In this document: positions 11,724-25,200 of the stretch, one piece after another | How positions within the stretch are numbered: the stretch's first letter is position 1 | Layout of the letters: each line of letters begins with the position of its first letter | Origin: Haliotis cracherodii | Lineage: Eukaryota | DNA length: 64,000 bases | Assembly: GCF_022045235.1 (NCBI RefSeq) | Contig: NW_027266264.1 | Span: forward strand, 46,624,001 to 46,688,000 | Direction: 5' to 3' | The notes under the pieces: generated by a model | What the model saw: only the letters and a program-made list of their open reading frames with translations | Database searches by the model: none | What the model was told of the DNA's origin: nothing | Translations under genes and position numbers: made by a program

Positions 11724-11848
11724 AATTTCACAGAAGGCCGACTTATAAGTCTCAATGCAATTATTTAATACATACCTTTTAATATATGTAGTTAAGGTAT
11801 GTATTAAATAATTGCATTGAGACTTATAAGTCGGTCTTCTGTGAAATT
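11724..11848. repeat. 55-bp inverted repeat with a 15-nt spacer
   Basis: 11724-11778 is the reverse complement of 11794-11848 with one mismatch. Confidence 0.9.
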
Positions 11849-14800
11849 ATATTATATATATTTTAATGCTGAGTGCCCCAGAGAAGATATTTGGTGAAAC
11901 CCACGAGCAAACGAGCAAACCTAGAAACGTATTTTGGTGATTTAAATCCCCTAACCACAGGTTTCTGCCCCCCTCCCATGCACCCCCGAGGCGTTCGGTA
12001 GCCTCGGTAAGAGTAATACAATGACATACATGAATATAATCAGTTTATTTCTATACGAAATTGTAATCAGAGTAACAGAAAATATATTTTAATTTATTTA
12101 TCATTCGTGACAGACAAAGTTGTATTTTACTCTTAGATTTACTCTAACTATAAAAAATGTCCCACTAAGCATCCGTCCATGGCTGTTCATTTCTATGGTT
12201 ACGGAACAAATCAGTTTCACGCTTTCTCGTGTTCTGAGTCAATTACTACGACAAAAAACAACACACTGAGGGTGGTTGTTATTTATACAGACAGCATATC
12301 AGCTAAATATGTGTGAAATGATCTGTAATGACCCGTTAATGTACACACAGTGCAATAAAAAATGAATGACGTTAGCAGGTAAATCCTTTCACAGTTGTAC
12401 AATTGTCAGTTTACATTCCAGAATGTATCTAACACAGCCTTCACGCATGGCCTATTTATGTCGGACACTCTGAAGTTTGTGTCCAGATAATAGAATTTAA
12501 TTAAGTTGGAATAGGATTCGGTGGTCCATAATTCAGGCAGGTTCATATTTGTTAATGAAGATTAATGTATTGCTTTACATGTTGTGTTTATTCCACCCTC
12601 CTAATGTACTTTGTAGAGAATATACAGCAGTTGCCGAGACTAACATGCTTAGTTGATTTTGTCCGGACTAACACGATCAGAGTAAGATGGCGACGACAAC
12701 GGACTTACATGCACGCAACTGGTGTCAAAATCCAATGTGACACAACACCGACTGTCCACTTCAAAGTTCTGCTCGTTTATACCCCAGACATGTACAGCGT
12801 GTTCAGTATGATGATTTCCATCGGTAAAATCGCAATCATAAACAGACAATTTTTTATACCTGTCATCTCAAATATTTTATCCCTCATTTCAATAATCTAT
12901 ACTTAGGCAGGTACATATGTAAGTATTGGTACATTCTCTTTACTGAGGAAGTAATCAATGTTCATGTCACTAAAAGTACAACAAAACAAACAATTTTAGA
13001 TTGCCCTCGAAGCGAGTGAACCGTTGTTTGAATCAATGGGTCAACATGGTTGGAAGGGTGTGACTCCCGAATGGGTATTTCATCCAGATGTCATACACGT
13101 CGCACGTAAGGGCCCTATCGATCCAGTTTTACATTCCGTTATCCCAAAGCATTACATATCTCAATGATCCAAACGTAGTTGAGCGTTGTAATGGAGCTAC
13201 AGTGGCAGAACCCTTTGACACACCACCTGCGTGGCAGGCGATAAGCGTCTACGCATGCATGCATTGTTGAACGTGAAAACTCTCTCGGTGACACTGACAA
13301 TTTAGCACATTAACGGCAATGATGACTATGACGAAATTACTTAATCGAGCTGAATGATCGCGCTCGTGCATCTTTAATCGCCATAATCCTGAACGTGTCT
13401 CACAGCCTCTATTGACAATATCATAATCCATGGGCACCGTACATCACCCCCGGTGTTTCTGCTCTCACCCCAAAGTGTGTCCACCATGTCCCGCTCGGGG
13501 GGAGAGGCTTAAACATCAATATTGATTCAGTCGCCCGACAGTTTGATAAGTGAGGAACGGTACTGTTGATGAGTTTGGGCAAATTACTACCACATATAGT
13601 TTTGTGCAATCTTAATGATGAAATAGGCTGTACATAGACATTGGACGGTATCTTGGTTTCTTTATTGAATTAGTAATACAATTTGACAAGGAATAACCAT
13701 TTGTCTCGCGATTGGTTACAATGATATTTTAAATTGCCTGTGTTCATTTATTCAGTAAACAGTTGACATTTAAAGCGACAGATCTGATAATTTTGGACTA
13801 TGGGATTTATGGGTAATTTAACGGGAAATACACGCATTGTCAATTTGTTCAAAGTGTGTTTTTATCTTTTGGTTTAGCGGGAAATGTGTTGTATATTTGG
13901 AGTCTATTCATGAAAAATGACAAGCATATATTTTAAGGACGCCCCAGCATCAGCCACAACAAGAGTGAGGCATTTCGTCCTTACAGACAGATCTTGCAAG
14001 GAAAGGTGACTCACTTTCCTGAAATGTTGTATAATCCTATAGAAACTATTCTACAGCAATTCACTTTACGGTAGTATGATTATCGGTGGTTTTATATCCC
14101 TTTTTTAAATGTTGACATAAATTGTATTATGTGTACCGTAGTCTTATAGCCTGGATATAACTTTTAACGGTGTGAATATAGCATTTATGGTTTGTCTTGT
14201 ATTATTTAAATGACATGATGCGCGACACATAGCTCACTCGCTCATTTCTCTATTTCTCCTTAAAGCTCGGGGAAAGGCTCAATGCTATTGTCGAACCCAT
14301 TCGGCAGAGTGTGTCACTATAGCCTTTTTGCTATTGTCGAACAAGTTCGACAGGCGAATAGCATGACACACCAAAATAAAACTCGCACTAACTATTTTCC
14401 AAGTAGGTTTTAGGTGTCATTTAGATTATGGACCTATATATTTGCTCACGGGGAGCATTTTGGCACTGTGTTGATGACTTGAATTATTGTTTTCCTGTTC
14501 TATTTTGTTCGCCTTTTCAAAGGAAGCACACGGAACTCACCATTATTCCTCTAAAAAGCGCCGAGCTTGTATTTTTTCGGAAGGTCCTTTGTCCCGACGT
14601 TTAACCGAGACAGGCGTTGTTTATTATCAATTTTAGTTCAATATTGTCTCTCGATGTCCCTTCGTATATATGTCATTTGAATCGGAGTTTACGGTAGTTT
14701 AAAAAGGCAGGATTCTTCAGGAAATTAACGTGAAACTTTGTATACACAACAATACTGTTGGAAATGTCGTTTGCTATACTGGATTGTTAAGTTTTCATTT

Positions 14801-16080
14801 CCGATGCATAATTTCTAAGCTGTTTAGTATTAATTATCAAACTGTGTATACAATTCAGACAAAAGTTGCATGTCGAAAATCGCAAATTTGGTTAATATTT
14901 TTAACTGTTTTGGCACAATTATTGTAACCTATGTAAATAAGGTTTATTTAAAAATATTCAGCATATTTAATTTAATTAATATGTAACACATATAATGAAT
15001 ACAAGAAATTAACATCACTTCGTTGTCACTGATTCATTATCCAAACTAATTATTGTCATGAATCTTTATGATCGACTTAGAATTAACCTAAGAATTACAT
15101 AACCTAAGTATTTCCACTGTAAGTTGAAGTCGGGTTATTTACATGTGAAAACGTTACTATTGTTTGTGAAACCTTCTGAAAAAGATCATGTCCTTGTAAT
15201 TGTAACTCTTATATTTTTTATAAGAACATCTGGTGAGAAAATTCCAACATGCAAAGATGACACCATCGGTCAACCGCTCAAGGGAGTTAACTACCCTATT
15301 ACATTAGAGTTGCCCCCCTTACACAGATAGGTGTCAGAAGAGATTTTGCTGGCAATTTGTTGCCGGTAGGTACTGAATCCTGGTTCTCACTGACAGATGA
15401 CGCTTGTAAAACCAAGATGCTATTCTTCTCCTAGTATAAACAGTTTATGCTCAGGTAAATTGTAACGGTTACTTGTGTAGCGCACCGTGCGTAACCCGTG
15501 TCCCTATTGACAATCGTCCATCTGTCCACTGGCGAGTGCTGTGTTGCAGTTACCGAGTCAGCTGTTGGCTAGCCTATTGCTTGGAGGCACCCGCTGGGAA
15601 CTGTGAATCCAATTTACCCATTAAATATAAACACGCCCAAGCTATATAACTGAGATTGCTGGCCAGTAGTAAACAAGACACTGTTAATATAAGAATAAGT
15701 GACCTAAACTGTTACATACTCACAGCAGAGACAAAATTTTAGTATTCCATACCTGTATGAACCACGAAACTGCAATCAGCATTGGTCATTACCATTGATT
15801 ACTATTGCATCTACAACAGCACATATGATCTGGCACAGACAAGCCAGTTGTAGAAGGATGATTTGTGTCATTGAAACACCCCAGTTACAGTTAATTTGGA
15901 AGGATATCAAGATGAGGTTATATAAATAGTTTAGACAGATTGAAAACAGTTTAATGACAAAAGAATTTTCTACAAGTCAACCATGGAACAGTTTTAATCC
16001 TATCAATTGTATGCCACAGTAGATGTGTGGCATGGGAACACTCATGCCTCTGTAACTGATAATCTGACCTTTTACAGGTA

Positions 16081-16206
16081 ATGGCTGAACAGACAGGGTC
16101 ATCCTCTACCTCATCCACTCCATCAGGACCCAAGGAAGAGACGCTTCTGGAAAACTATTTCCTCCTACTCAGCCAATTTGCCTTTGATAAAGCAAAGGAA
16201 CTCAGT
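16081..16206 (+). CDS. KICS2: KICS2 coding exon 1 (MAEQ...DKAKELS)
   Basis: Acceptor ttttacag at 16077 implies an upstream non-coding exon; donor gtatgt at 16207. Confidence 0.85.
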
Positions 16207-19200
16207 GTATGTGCTCGTCCACTGATTTTTATATCATACTATCTTATTTAAGTTTTTGTTGGTTGTTTAAGTCGCGCTCAGCAATAATCCAGCTGTATGA
16301 TGGTGGTCTGTAAATAATTGAGTCTGGACCAGACAATTCAGTGATTGAAATCATGAGCATCGATCAATGCAATGGGATACAATGACATGTACCAAGTCAG
16401 CGAGCCGGACCACCCAATCCCATTGGTTGCCTCTTACGACAAGCATACCCGCCGTTTACGGCAAGTTTTGGTAGCTGAGGATGTATTCTACCCTGGATCT
16501 TCACGGTATTAGGATCTATTACTGTACATGTATCACCTTCTTCAACAATCTCACTCTAGTAACTGTCAAATTCAAGTTAAGGAACAATAACACACAGGGG
16601 CATATGCTCAAAGGGCTATTATATTCCCGGTCAATTTATCAATGTGAATTCAACAATCATTCTCAGCTTCCTGGAGAGTATACAAGCTGCCTGTTACTTT
16701 TAGGCGCTAGAAGGTTAACAACCACATTGCAATCTCATCCCACCCATTCACTGCTGGGTGGACAGAGGCACATTGCACAAAGTCACTTTGCCCATGGAGA
16801 CAACACATGTAAGTGTGGGGCAGGACCAAAGCACTAGAAAATCTCAGGAGCCAAACTGCTGAAATGTGGTCACCCATCGCAGCGAATGTTGGTTACCTTC
16901 ACCTTATTTGGGACCTGTGCGCTGTGCAGTTATAGTAATAGAGGGAATCTGAATCCTATTATATATGAGACCACCTCCCTGGCCTAGTGGTAAAGTGTCT
17001 GCCCTGAGGGCAGAAGGTCAGGGATTCGATCCCTGGTCATGTTATACCAAAAGATGTTAACAGATGGTACTTGTTGTTAACTAATCTCGCGATCTGCATT
17101 AAAGTGCTAAAACAAGGACTGGTATGCTGTGTCTGAGTGGGGTATTTGTTTTAAACTGTGGCATGGTATCTCAAAGGGATGGCACTATAAAATCGGTGTT
17201 AGTCCGGCATACATGCAGCCACATACATGCAGCCACTCACGCACATGTAAGGGCAATAATCTTGAATGCAGCTTTAAACATGCATTTCTTCTCACCTATT
17301 TCTTATGTAGTCACATGGAAATAGGTAAATTTGAAACATGTACGGACTGTAGACTTGTATTTGTTGCCATCTGGTATTGAAGTGATATGATTATTATCCC
17401 TCGCCACGAAGTGGAAGGGGGATATAGGAATGGGTGCCGTCCGTCTGTCCGTCCGTCACATTTCGTTTCCGGAGCAGATCTTGAAAACCGTACCATATTT
17501 CTTCACCAAACTTGGCACATAGATAGATCTAGTGGTGAACTGGTGCCTTTTGATAGTTTGGGATTTTAATTTTTTATATTTTTTTGAGTTTCCATGGCAA
17601 CGACTTTGATTTAGACTGAAAATGGCGGTAGTCCTCGTTTCCGGACCAGATCTTGAAAACCGTACCATATTTCTTCACCATACTTGGCACATAGATAGGT
17701 CTAGTGGTGAACTGGTGCCTTTTGATAGTTTGGGATTTTAAAAATAAATATTTTTCGAGTTTCCATGGCTGAAAATGGCCGTAGTCCTAGTTTCCGGACC
17801 AGATCTTGAAAAACGTACCATAATTCTTCACCATACTTGGCACATAGATAGGTCTAGTGGTGAACTGGTGCCTTTTGATAGTTAGGGATTTAATAAAAAA
17901 ATATTTTTCGAGTTTCCATCGCAACGACTTTGATTTAGACTGAAAATGGCGGTAGTCCTCGTTGCCGGAGCAGATCTTGAAAACCGTACTATATTTCTTC
18001 ACCATACTTTGCACTTAGATAGGTCTAGTGGTGAACTGGTGCCTTTGGATAGTTTGGCATTTTTAAAAACGATATTTTTCGAGTTTTCATGGCAACGACT
18101 TTGATTTAGACTGAAAATGGCGGTAGTCCTCGTTTCCGGAGCAGATCTTGAAAACCGTACTATATTTCTTCACCATATTTTGCACATTGATAGGTCTAGT
18201 GGTGAACTGGTGCCTTTGGATAGTTTTGGATTTTTTTTTATAAAGTTATTTTTCGAGTTTCCATGGCAACGACTTTGATTTAGACTGAAAATGGAGGTAG
18301 TCCTCGTTTCCGGAGCAGATCTTGAAAAATGTACTATATTTCTTTACAAAAAGGCCCAGTGAACATAGTTCACAGGAGCTAATGCATTGCACACACCCGA
18401 CATGTCATATTGGTGGGGGATGTGAGTATTTCATGCTTGTTTTTGTGTGTTTCAGGAGAAGGACAAAGATGTCCACAAGCTGTCCACAGCTGCATCATGG
18501 GGCACCATCATCCAGTGCCTGTCCCAGCTTGCCGCTGCTGAGAAGATGTACATGTCACTCACCTTCCTCGGGCAGAAGAGATTTAATCCTATTGGACGAG
18601 CAAGAGAGGTATGTTGTACCTAATCATGCTAGCAATTGATCTTCTCTGATTAATCAGGGAGAAACATAACGACATGTGGCCATATCATATGGGGGCACAT
18701 TATCCTGTAGGCATCCCGTCAAAATAGTTGATAGCAAAAAACATTCATGTTCTTTTGAGTAGTATATCTACTGGGTTATTGCACCATACACACGATATAA
18801 GTTTTACCTCACTGGATGCAACAAAGTGCTTTAGTTTCCCTTCCTCATACAAACAGACTACTGGAACAAAGAGACAGTTGAAACAGACTACAGCCACATG
18901 CCTTGGCATCCACGAGTTATCCACCTCCTGCCAGCTCAGCCATACAAGATTGTTGACAGCTCCTTTCTGTGTTTGACTGGCAACAGCGACATCTTGTACA
19001 CATGTCTAATACTGCTTTGGATCCATCACCATCGCTAGGTGCTCTGCCTTACTCAAACAGTCTTCCTGGGACCCGCAATTGATGCACCAGCCTTTGTCTG
19101 ATCCGGCTCTTTTCAACAGCCAGATCCTGACAGTTACAAGGAGGCCCAGAGTTGAGACGCTAACCAGCAGCAGTTCTGTCTCCATATTAACATGGAGCGT

Positions 19201-22200
19201 CTGCTGTCTTCCCAGCTCTCTCAACAGCGAACATCATTTGCTGGACTGGTCTACAAGACCCCCCCCCTCCCCATCGTGGACGCTTTCCGGTGGGGACCGT
19301 CGACAAATGTGACCTCCTTGAGATGCCCGACATCTGGCAACTCTCTCTGCCAGTTGTCCCTGTTCAGCCATCTACAGGTAGGTGGGAGACTTCAACAGTA
19401 CTGGGGAGGAATTGGTGGCTGCTGCAGGATCCGTTCGTCATCCGGATCCTCCTCCATGGGTTCAACCTACAGGTTCCACCACTACCATTGGAACCTTAAA
19501 ATCGTCCTCTAGATGTACCAGCTGTACAGGCCAATATCGACTTACTGATTGCCAAGAATATGGTGGAAATTTTGGATGCCAACTCCATCCATCCAGGATT
19601 CTTTCCCCCCCGTCTTCCCATAGCCCCAAAAGGCTTCATCCAAACTATGGATGATTCACAATCTGGCGCTCTTCAATCTTCACTATCTCACGCCTCCATC
19701 ACATTTTCAGATGATCTCCATCTGTTCCCAGCGCCACCGCATCAGTCTGGACCTACAGGATGCCTACCTGCACGTTCCCATTCATGCAACGATTCCTCCA
19801 CTTCATCTTCCAGGCCAGCACTTTCAGTGGAAAGTACACTCATTTGGAATTTTCACGGCTCCGTGGTTATTCATGCGTATCACCAAGCCCATTGTTGGGT
19901 TCCTTCACTGTAGTTGGATTTGTTTCTCTCTTTGAGCAGACTTTTCAAGACCCAATCGTCCATACCCCATGGACTGGGTGCTTCACCCAGAGGGCTTCCC
20001 GTTCTTGTGCGATCGCCTTGGAACTCCAGAAGTTGATCTGTTGTCCAGGGTTAGCAACCACCATACCAGTTGCCAGTGTATGTGTCTCCAGTCCCAGGCA
20101 AAGCTGCTTGGGAGGTAGACGGCCTCGCTGTGTCCTGGGTCAGCCTAAGTGTGTATGCTTTTCTGTCCCCACTTATTCTCCCCCAGGTCATTCACAAAGT
20201 AGCCCTCATCTTACTTGTTCCAGGCCTTCTGCTTCACTTCTTGGTCACCTTGCTGGTTCCATAATTGCAACCTAACTTGCTGCCCTCAGTTCGGTCTTGA
20301 TGACTGCTAGTGACTGTCCTCGGTCCCTGCACTTTGTGCCATGGTCTGAGGATTTTGATTGGAGGATGAGAATAAGAAGTTCAATCCTCCAGCTTGGCAT
20401 TTAGATCTTGTTTCTCGTGACTGCTTGCACCTGCCTCGTTTGAAGATCTCACCTTGAAGACTTGCTTATTCCTGGCACTTGCCATGGAGACCAGGGTTAG
20501 CAAGATTCATGCCCTAGATGTGACCCAGGTCCGGTTCAACAAGCAACCTCACGGCCTGGTTCACCTTGTTCTTTGCTGGTACTTTGTCGCCAAAAATCAA
20601 CTGCCTGGCCAACCTGATCGGCAGTTTCATGTCCCTTCTCTTTTGGAGATCGTTGGTCCAGATGATAACATGAACTCACTCTCTGCCCGGTTCGAGCTCT
20701 CCGACAATATCTTCAGGTGTCTCAGCAGCATCGTTGACAGTGCCTTTGGCTTCATTTCGCTATCATGAAAGCCTATGGTCGTGCTAACTTACCTCCTCCA
20801 ATCAGCATGAGATCCATGCCCTGTCTTCTCCACTGGCCCTCCATCCTGACGACATCATGGAGGGATGCTTCTGGTCCTCTATATCTGTCTTCGCAACCTT
20901 TCTGTGGAAGACGTTGAGGGTACTCATAGATTTGGTCCACTTGTCCTGGCCTAGCACCTGACCAACCCCTGATGCCATACTAGGAGCTGCTACCTTGTTG
21001 TCGTCTGAAGGGTTCCTTGCCTGGTACTTCTGACAGTAAGCCCATCTTCCATGTCAGTCAAATAAAGCACTGTGTAGCATCAGTTAAGGTAAAACATGAG
21101 CACTTCTGATTCAATGCAATGTTGTATACTTACCTGATGCTACACCTATAGGCCCACCTGGACTGGGTCTGCCTCCTCCGCCACTGTCTGTTTGGTGTCA
21201 CTGTCTACTCTGCGCCTGCTGTTGTACAGTGAAGAATATGAGGGAGTAGGGGGCAAGGGGGATTACTTGTGGATGCCGAGGCATGGGTTGTGGTGTCAAC
21301 TGTCTCTTCATTCCAGTACTCTCTGTTTGTATAAGGTAGGGGAGTTAAAGCACTGTGTAGCGTCAGGTAAGTATAACAACCTTGCATTTATTCAGAATTG
21401 CTCATTTTGAAACAATACACATTTCAATACTTATTGAGCATACTGTGAAAATGAATATAATATATTGCTGTCCTTTGAAGATCCGGGTTAGAATTGGTCT
21501 TCAGCAAGCCCATGCTTGTCGTAAGAGGCAACCGGATCAGGTGGTCAGACGTGGATGATGCATGTCATCCCAATTGCGTAGATTGATGTTTGTGATATCA
21601 ATGACTGGATTGTCTGGTCCAGACTTGATTATTTACTGCCTGTCGGCATATAGCTGGAATATCGCTGAGTGAGGCGTTAAACAACAGACAAACAAAGAAA
21701 CTTTATATATGGCTGTTACTTCCTCCCTGATTTCTCCTTTTGCCCACAGGTATACGTGATAAGAAATCTTTGATTTCGACTCAGTGTAGCGTCTTTAGAA
21801 ATATCTAGGGTTATACCCATCTTCCTGAGGCAAGGGAGTTAACTGACTTTAAAAGTCCAGTTTCCATCCTTGCCAAACTAGGCTGGAATTTCAGGGCCTT
21901 GATTCTAGTGCCATGAGTGGCTATTATGAATTATGTCCCCCCTCAGATTCCACCTCTCATATCATTTGTTTCAACCAAAATGGTTGTGACCATTCAATCT
22001 CATCAATAATACAGATCTTTGTTGTAATAAAACTGCTTTTCCCTCGCAAAGTGCATCATATCACTTGAGCACCTTGATTAAAAACATGAAAAAATTGGAA
22101 AATATGTGTTGACGCCCAGCTGAGGGTACACATGCTCTGCAAATCCTGGTTCGATATTTGCCATGTGGATTATGATGCGGGTGTCGATATCTTGTTAGTC

Positions 22201-25200
22201 CAGCAAAAACATCTCCATAATTATCCCCCGCCGCGCGAAAGCGCGAAGCGGGGGATATAGTATTCACGACCGTCCGTACGTCCGTCCGTACGTCCGTACG
22301 TCCGTCTGTACGTCCCACCTGTTTGTTGCCGCGATATCTCAAGAACTAAACACTGGATTGTCTTCATATTTGGAACTATGGTGTATATACAGACTCCGCA
22401 GACACCAGTCGGTTTTGGTGACCTTGACCCCATTTTCAAGGTCACAGCAGGCAAATCTGTTTTTGGAGTTGGAAAACGGTGTTGCCACAATATCTCAAGA
22501 ACTAATCGCTTGATTGTCTTCATATTTGGTACTATGGTGTACAGGCGGGGGATATTTCGTCACTCTGTGACAAATACTTGTTCCAGCCTAGTTTGGCAAG
22601 GATGGAAACTGAACTTTTAAAGTCTGTTAACTCACTTGCCTCTGGAAGAAGGGGACCGCCTCCGTGGTCTTGTGGTAGAGCGTCGGCCCGGAGAGCGGAA
22701 GGTCCAGGGTTCGATCCCGGGCCGCGTCATACAAAAAGACGTTAAAAGATTGTACTTGTTGTTACCCTGTCTGGCGCTCGGCATTAAGGGGCTAAAACAA
22801 GGACTGGTCGGCTCGGAGTCAGTATACTGTGTCTGAGTGGGGTATTCATGTTAAACTGCGGCATGGTATCTCAGTGAGCTAGCACTATAAATCGGCATCA
22901 GTCCGGACTAGTACAAGCAGCCACACACACATACACGTGCATGCACGTCGCTATATAAGTGCAATAATCTTGGACGCGACGTTAAACCCAATTTCACCTC
23001 ACCTCACCTCTGGAAGAAGGGTATACTAACCATATTGAAAGGCTATATTTATATCAGTAGAGACCCATAGAGCTGCTCAGTTAAAGTGATGTCCACAACC
23101 ACCACCACCACCACCACCAAGGGTCTAATTTTAAGATGAAACTGATTTGGTTCTTCCCTCCACAGAACCTGCGCAACAACTACCAGTTCCTGGTTCAGGA
23201 GTTCCAGCGTATTGACAGCTTGTCCCAGACACCAGTGACTCTTCGCTCGGACCTTGACATTCTCCTGGCACATCTGAGTGGTCAGCTGAGTCACTACCTC
23301 ACAGCCAGACAGAGGCTCATGGATCTGTATCCTGGAGACTGTTTAGTGGAGAGATTTAATCTTAGGGATGTAAACCTCAGTTGTATTGTGAATCTATTAG
23401 AACATGTAAAATGATGTCTACCTATTTTGATAATATTTAGTATCAGGTATAACTAGCAGTTTATGTCTACTTTAGGACAAACATGTATCTCCTAGCCCAG
23501 ATTACTCTCTCTGCTATGTTCCCAAAACAGACAACATACTTGTGCCATTTTGTTATGTTCCTAAAGTCATTGCATGGGCACCAATTGTTTTTCATCTTTA
23601 TACCCAAATGTTATACTATATGAGTATCAACATGACCATCTCAGGAGGCTTCCTAGTGGTAATCCTGCTTAATGTGAATGTAGTTAGTTTATGCACTCAT
23701 CAGTGTTATATGATTGTGTTGTCCACTTAACAAAACAAGATATGAGCAGATATCTTCAGTTGCTGTCCACAGGAATGTGAGTTTTGATGACCTGGTTACT
23801 ATGGTTACTGACATAATACAGGCTCACAGTCGGGGCTTCCACCATCCACTCCTCAGCCCTCTCAAGTCATCCTTCAGGTAGGGTTAGAACCATTGTCTGA
23901 ACACTCAAGAACAATAGTACATCATGTTAGAATCACAATGTTGCCACCACATTGATACATCATGATACAAAAGATTTTAATGCTGTCTCCATATGTGATG
24001 CTGTCTCCATATGTGATGCTGTCTCCATGTGTGTGATGCTGTCTCCATATGTGATGCTGTCTCCATATGTGATGCTGTCTCCATGTGTGTGATGCTGTCT
24101 CCATATGTGATGCTGTCTCAATATGTGATGCTGTCTCCATGTGTGTGATGCTGTCTCCATATGTGATGCTGTCTCCATATGTGATGCTGTCTCCATGTGT
24201 GTGATGCTGTCTCCATATGTGATGCTGTCTCCATGTGTGATGTTGTCTCCATGTGTGTGATGCTGTCTCTATATGTGATGCTGTCGCCATGTGTGTGATG
24301 CTGTCACCATGTGTGTGATGCTGTCTCCATATGTGATGTTGTCGCCATGTGTGTGATGCTGTCGCCATGTGTGTGATGTTGTCTCCATATGTGATTCTGT
24401 CACCAAGTGTGTGATGCTGTCTCAATGTGTGATGTTGTCTCCATATGTGATGTTGTCGCCATGTGTGTGATGTTGTCTACATGTGTGTGATGCTGTCTCC
24501 ATGTGTGTGATGCTATCTCAATGTGTGATGTTGTCTACATGTGTGTGATGTTGTCTACATGTGTGTGATGTTGTCTCCATGTGTGATGTTGTCTCCATAT
24601 GTGATTCTGTCACCATGTGTGTGATGCTGTCTCAATATGTGATGTTGTCTCCATATGTGATGTTGTCGCCATGTGTGTAATGCTGTCTCCATGTGTGATG
24701 TTGTCTCCATGTGTGTGATGCTGTCTCTATATGTGATGCTGTGGCCATGTGTGATGCTGTCGCCATGTGTGTGATGTTGTCTACATGTGTGTGATGCTGT
24801 CTCCATGTGTGTGATGCTATCTCCATGTGTGTGATGTTGTCTCCATGTGTGTGATGTTGTCTACATGTGTGATGTTGTCTCCATGTGTGTGATGTTGTCT
24901 CCATGTGTGTGATGTTGTCTCCATGTGTGATGTTGTCTCCATGTGTGATTCTGTCACCATGTGTGTGATGCTGTCTCCATATGTGATGCTTTCTCCATGT
25001 GTGTGATGCTGTCTCCATGTGTGATGTTGTCACCATGTGTGTTATGTTGTCTCCATATGTGATGTTGTATCCATATGTGTGATGTTGTCTCCATGTGTGT
25101 GATGTTGTCTCCATGTGTGATGTTGTCTCCATGTGTGTGATGTTGTCTCCATGTGTGTGATGTTGTCTCCATATGTGATTCTGTCACCAAGTGTGTGATG

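Larger units (their letters stand above)
21808..23030. mobile_element. MITE with long TIRs, interrupted by a HINE and by a SINE inside its right TIR
   Basis: 21808-21886 is the reverse complement of 22583-22653 plus 23022-23030; a second family member lies at ~33845-34360. Confidence 0.7.

Noticed and set aside
15400-15700. Candidate KICS2 promoter or non-coding first exon (donor caggtaaat ~15455, TATATAA ~15643) and faint similarity to Fox promoter motifs
   Set aside because: The signals conflict with each other and are too short to support a specific call without TSS data.
22654-22725. tRNA-like sequences at SINE heads
   Set aside because: They continue into a SINE body and tail with TSDs, so they are not standalone tRNA genes.
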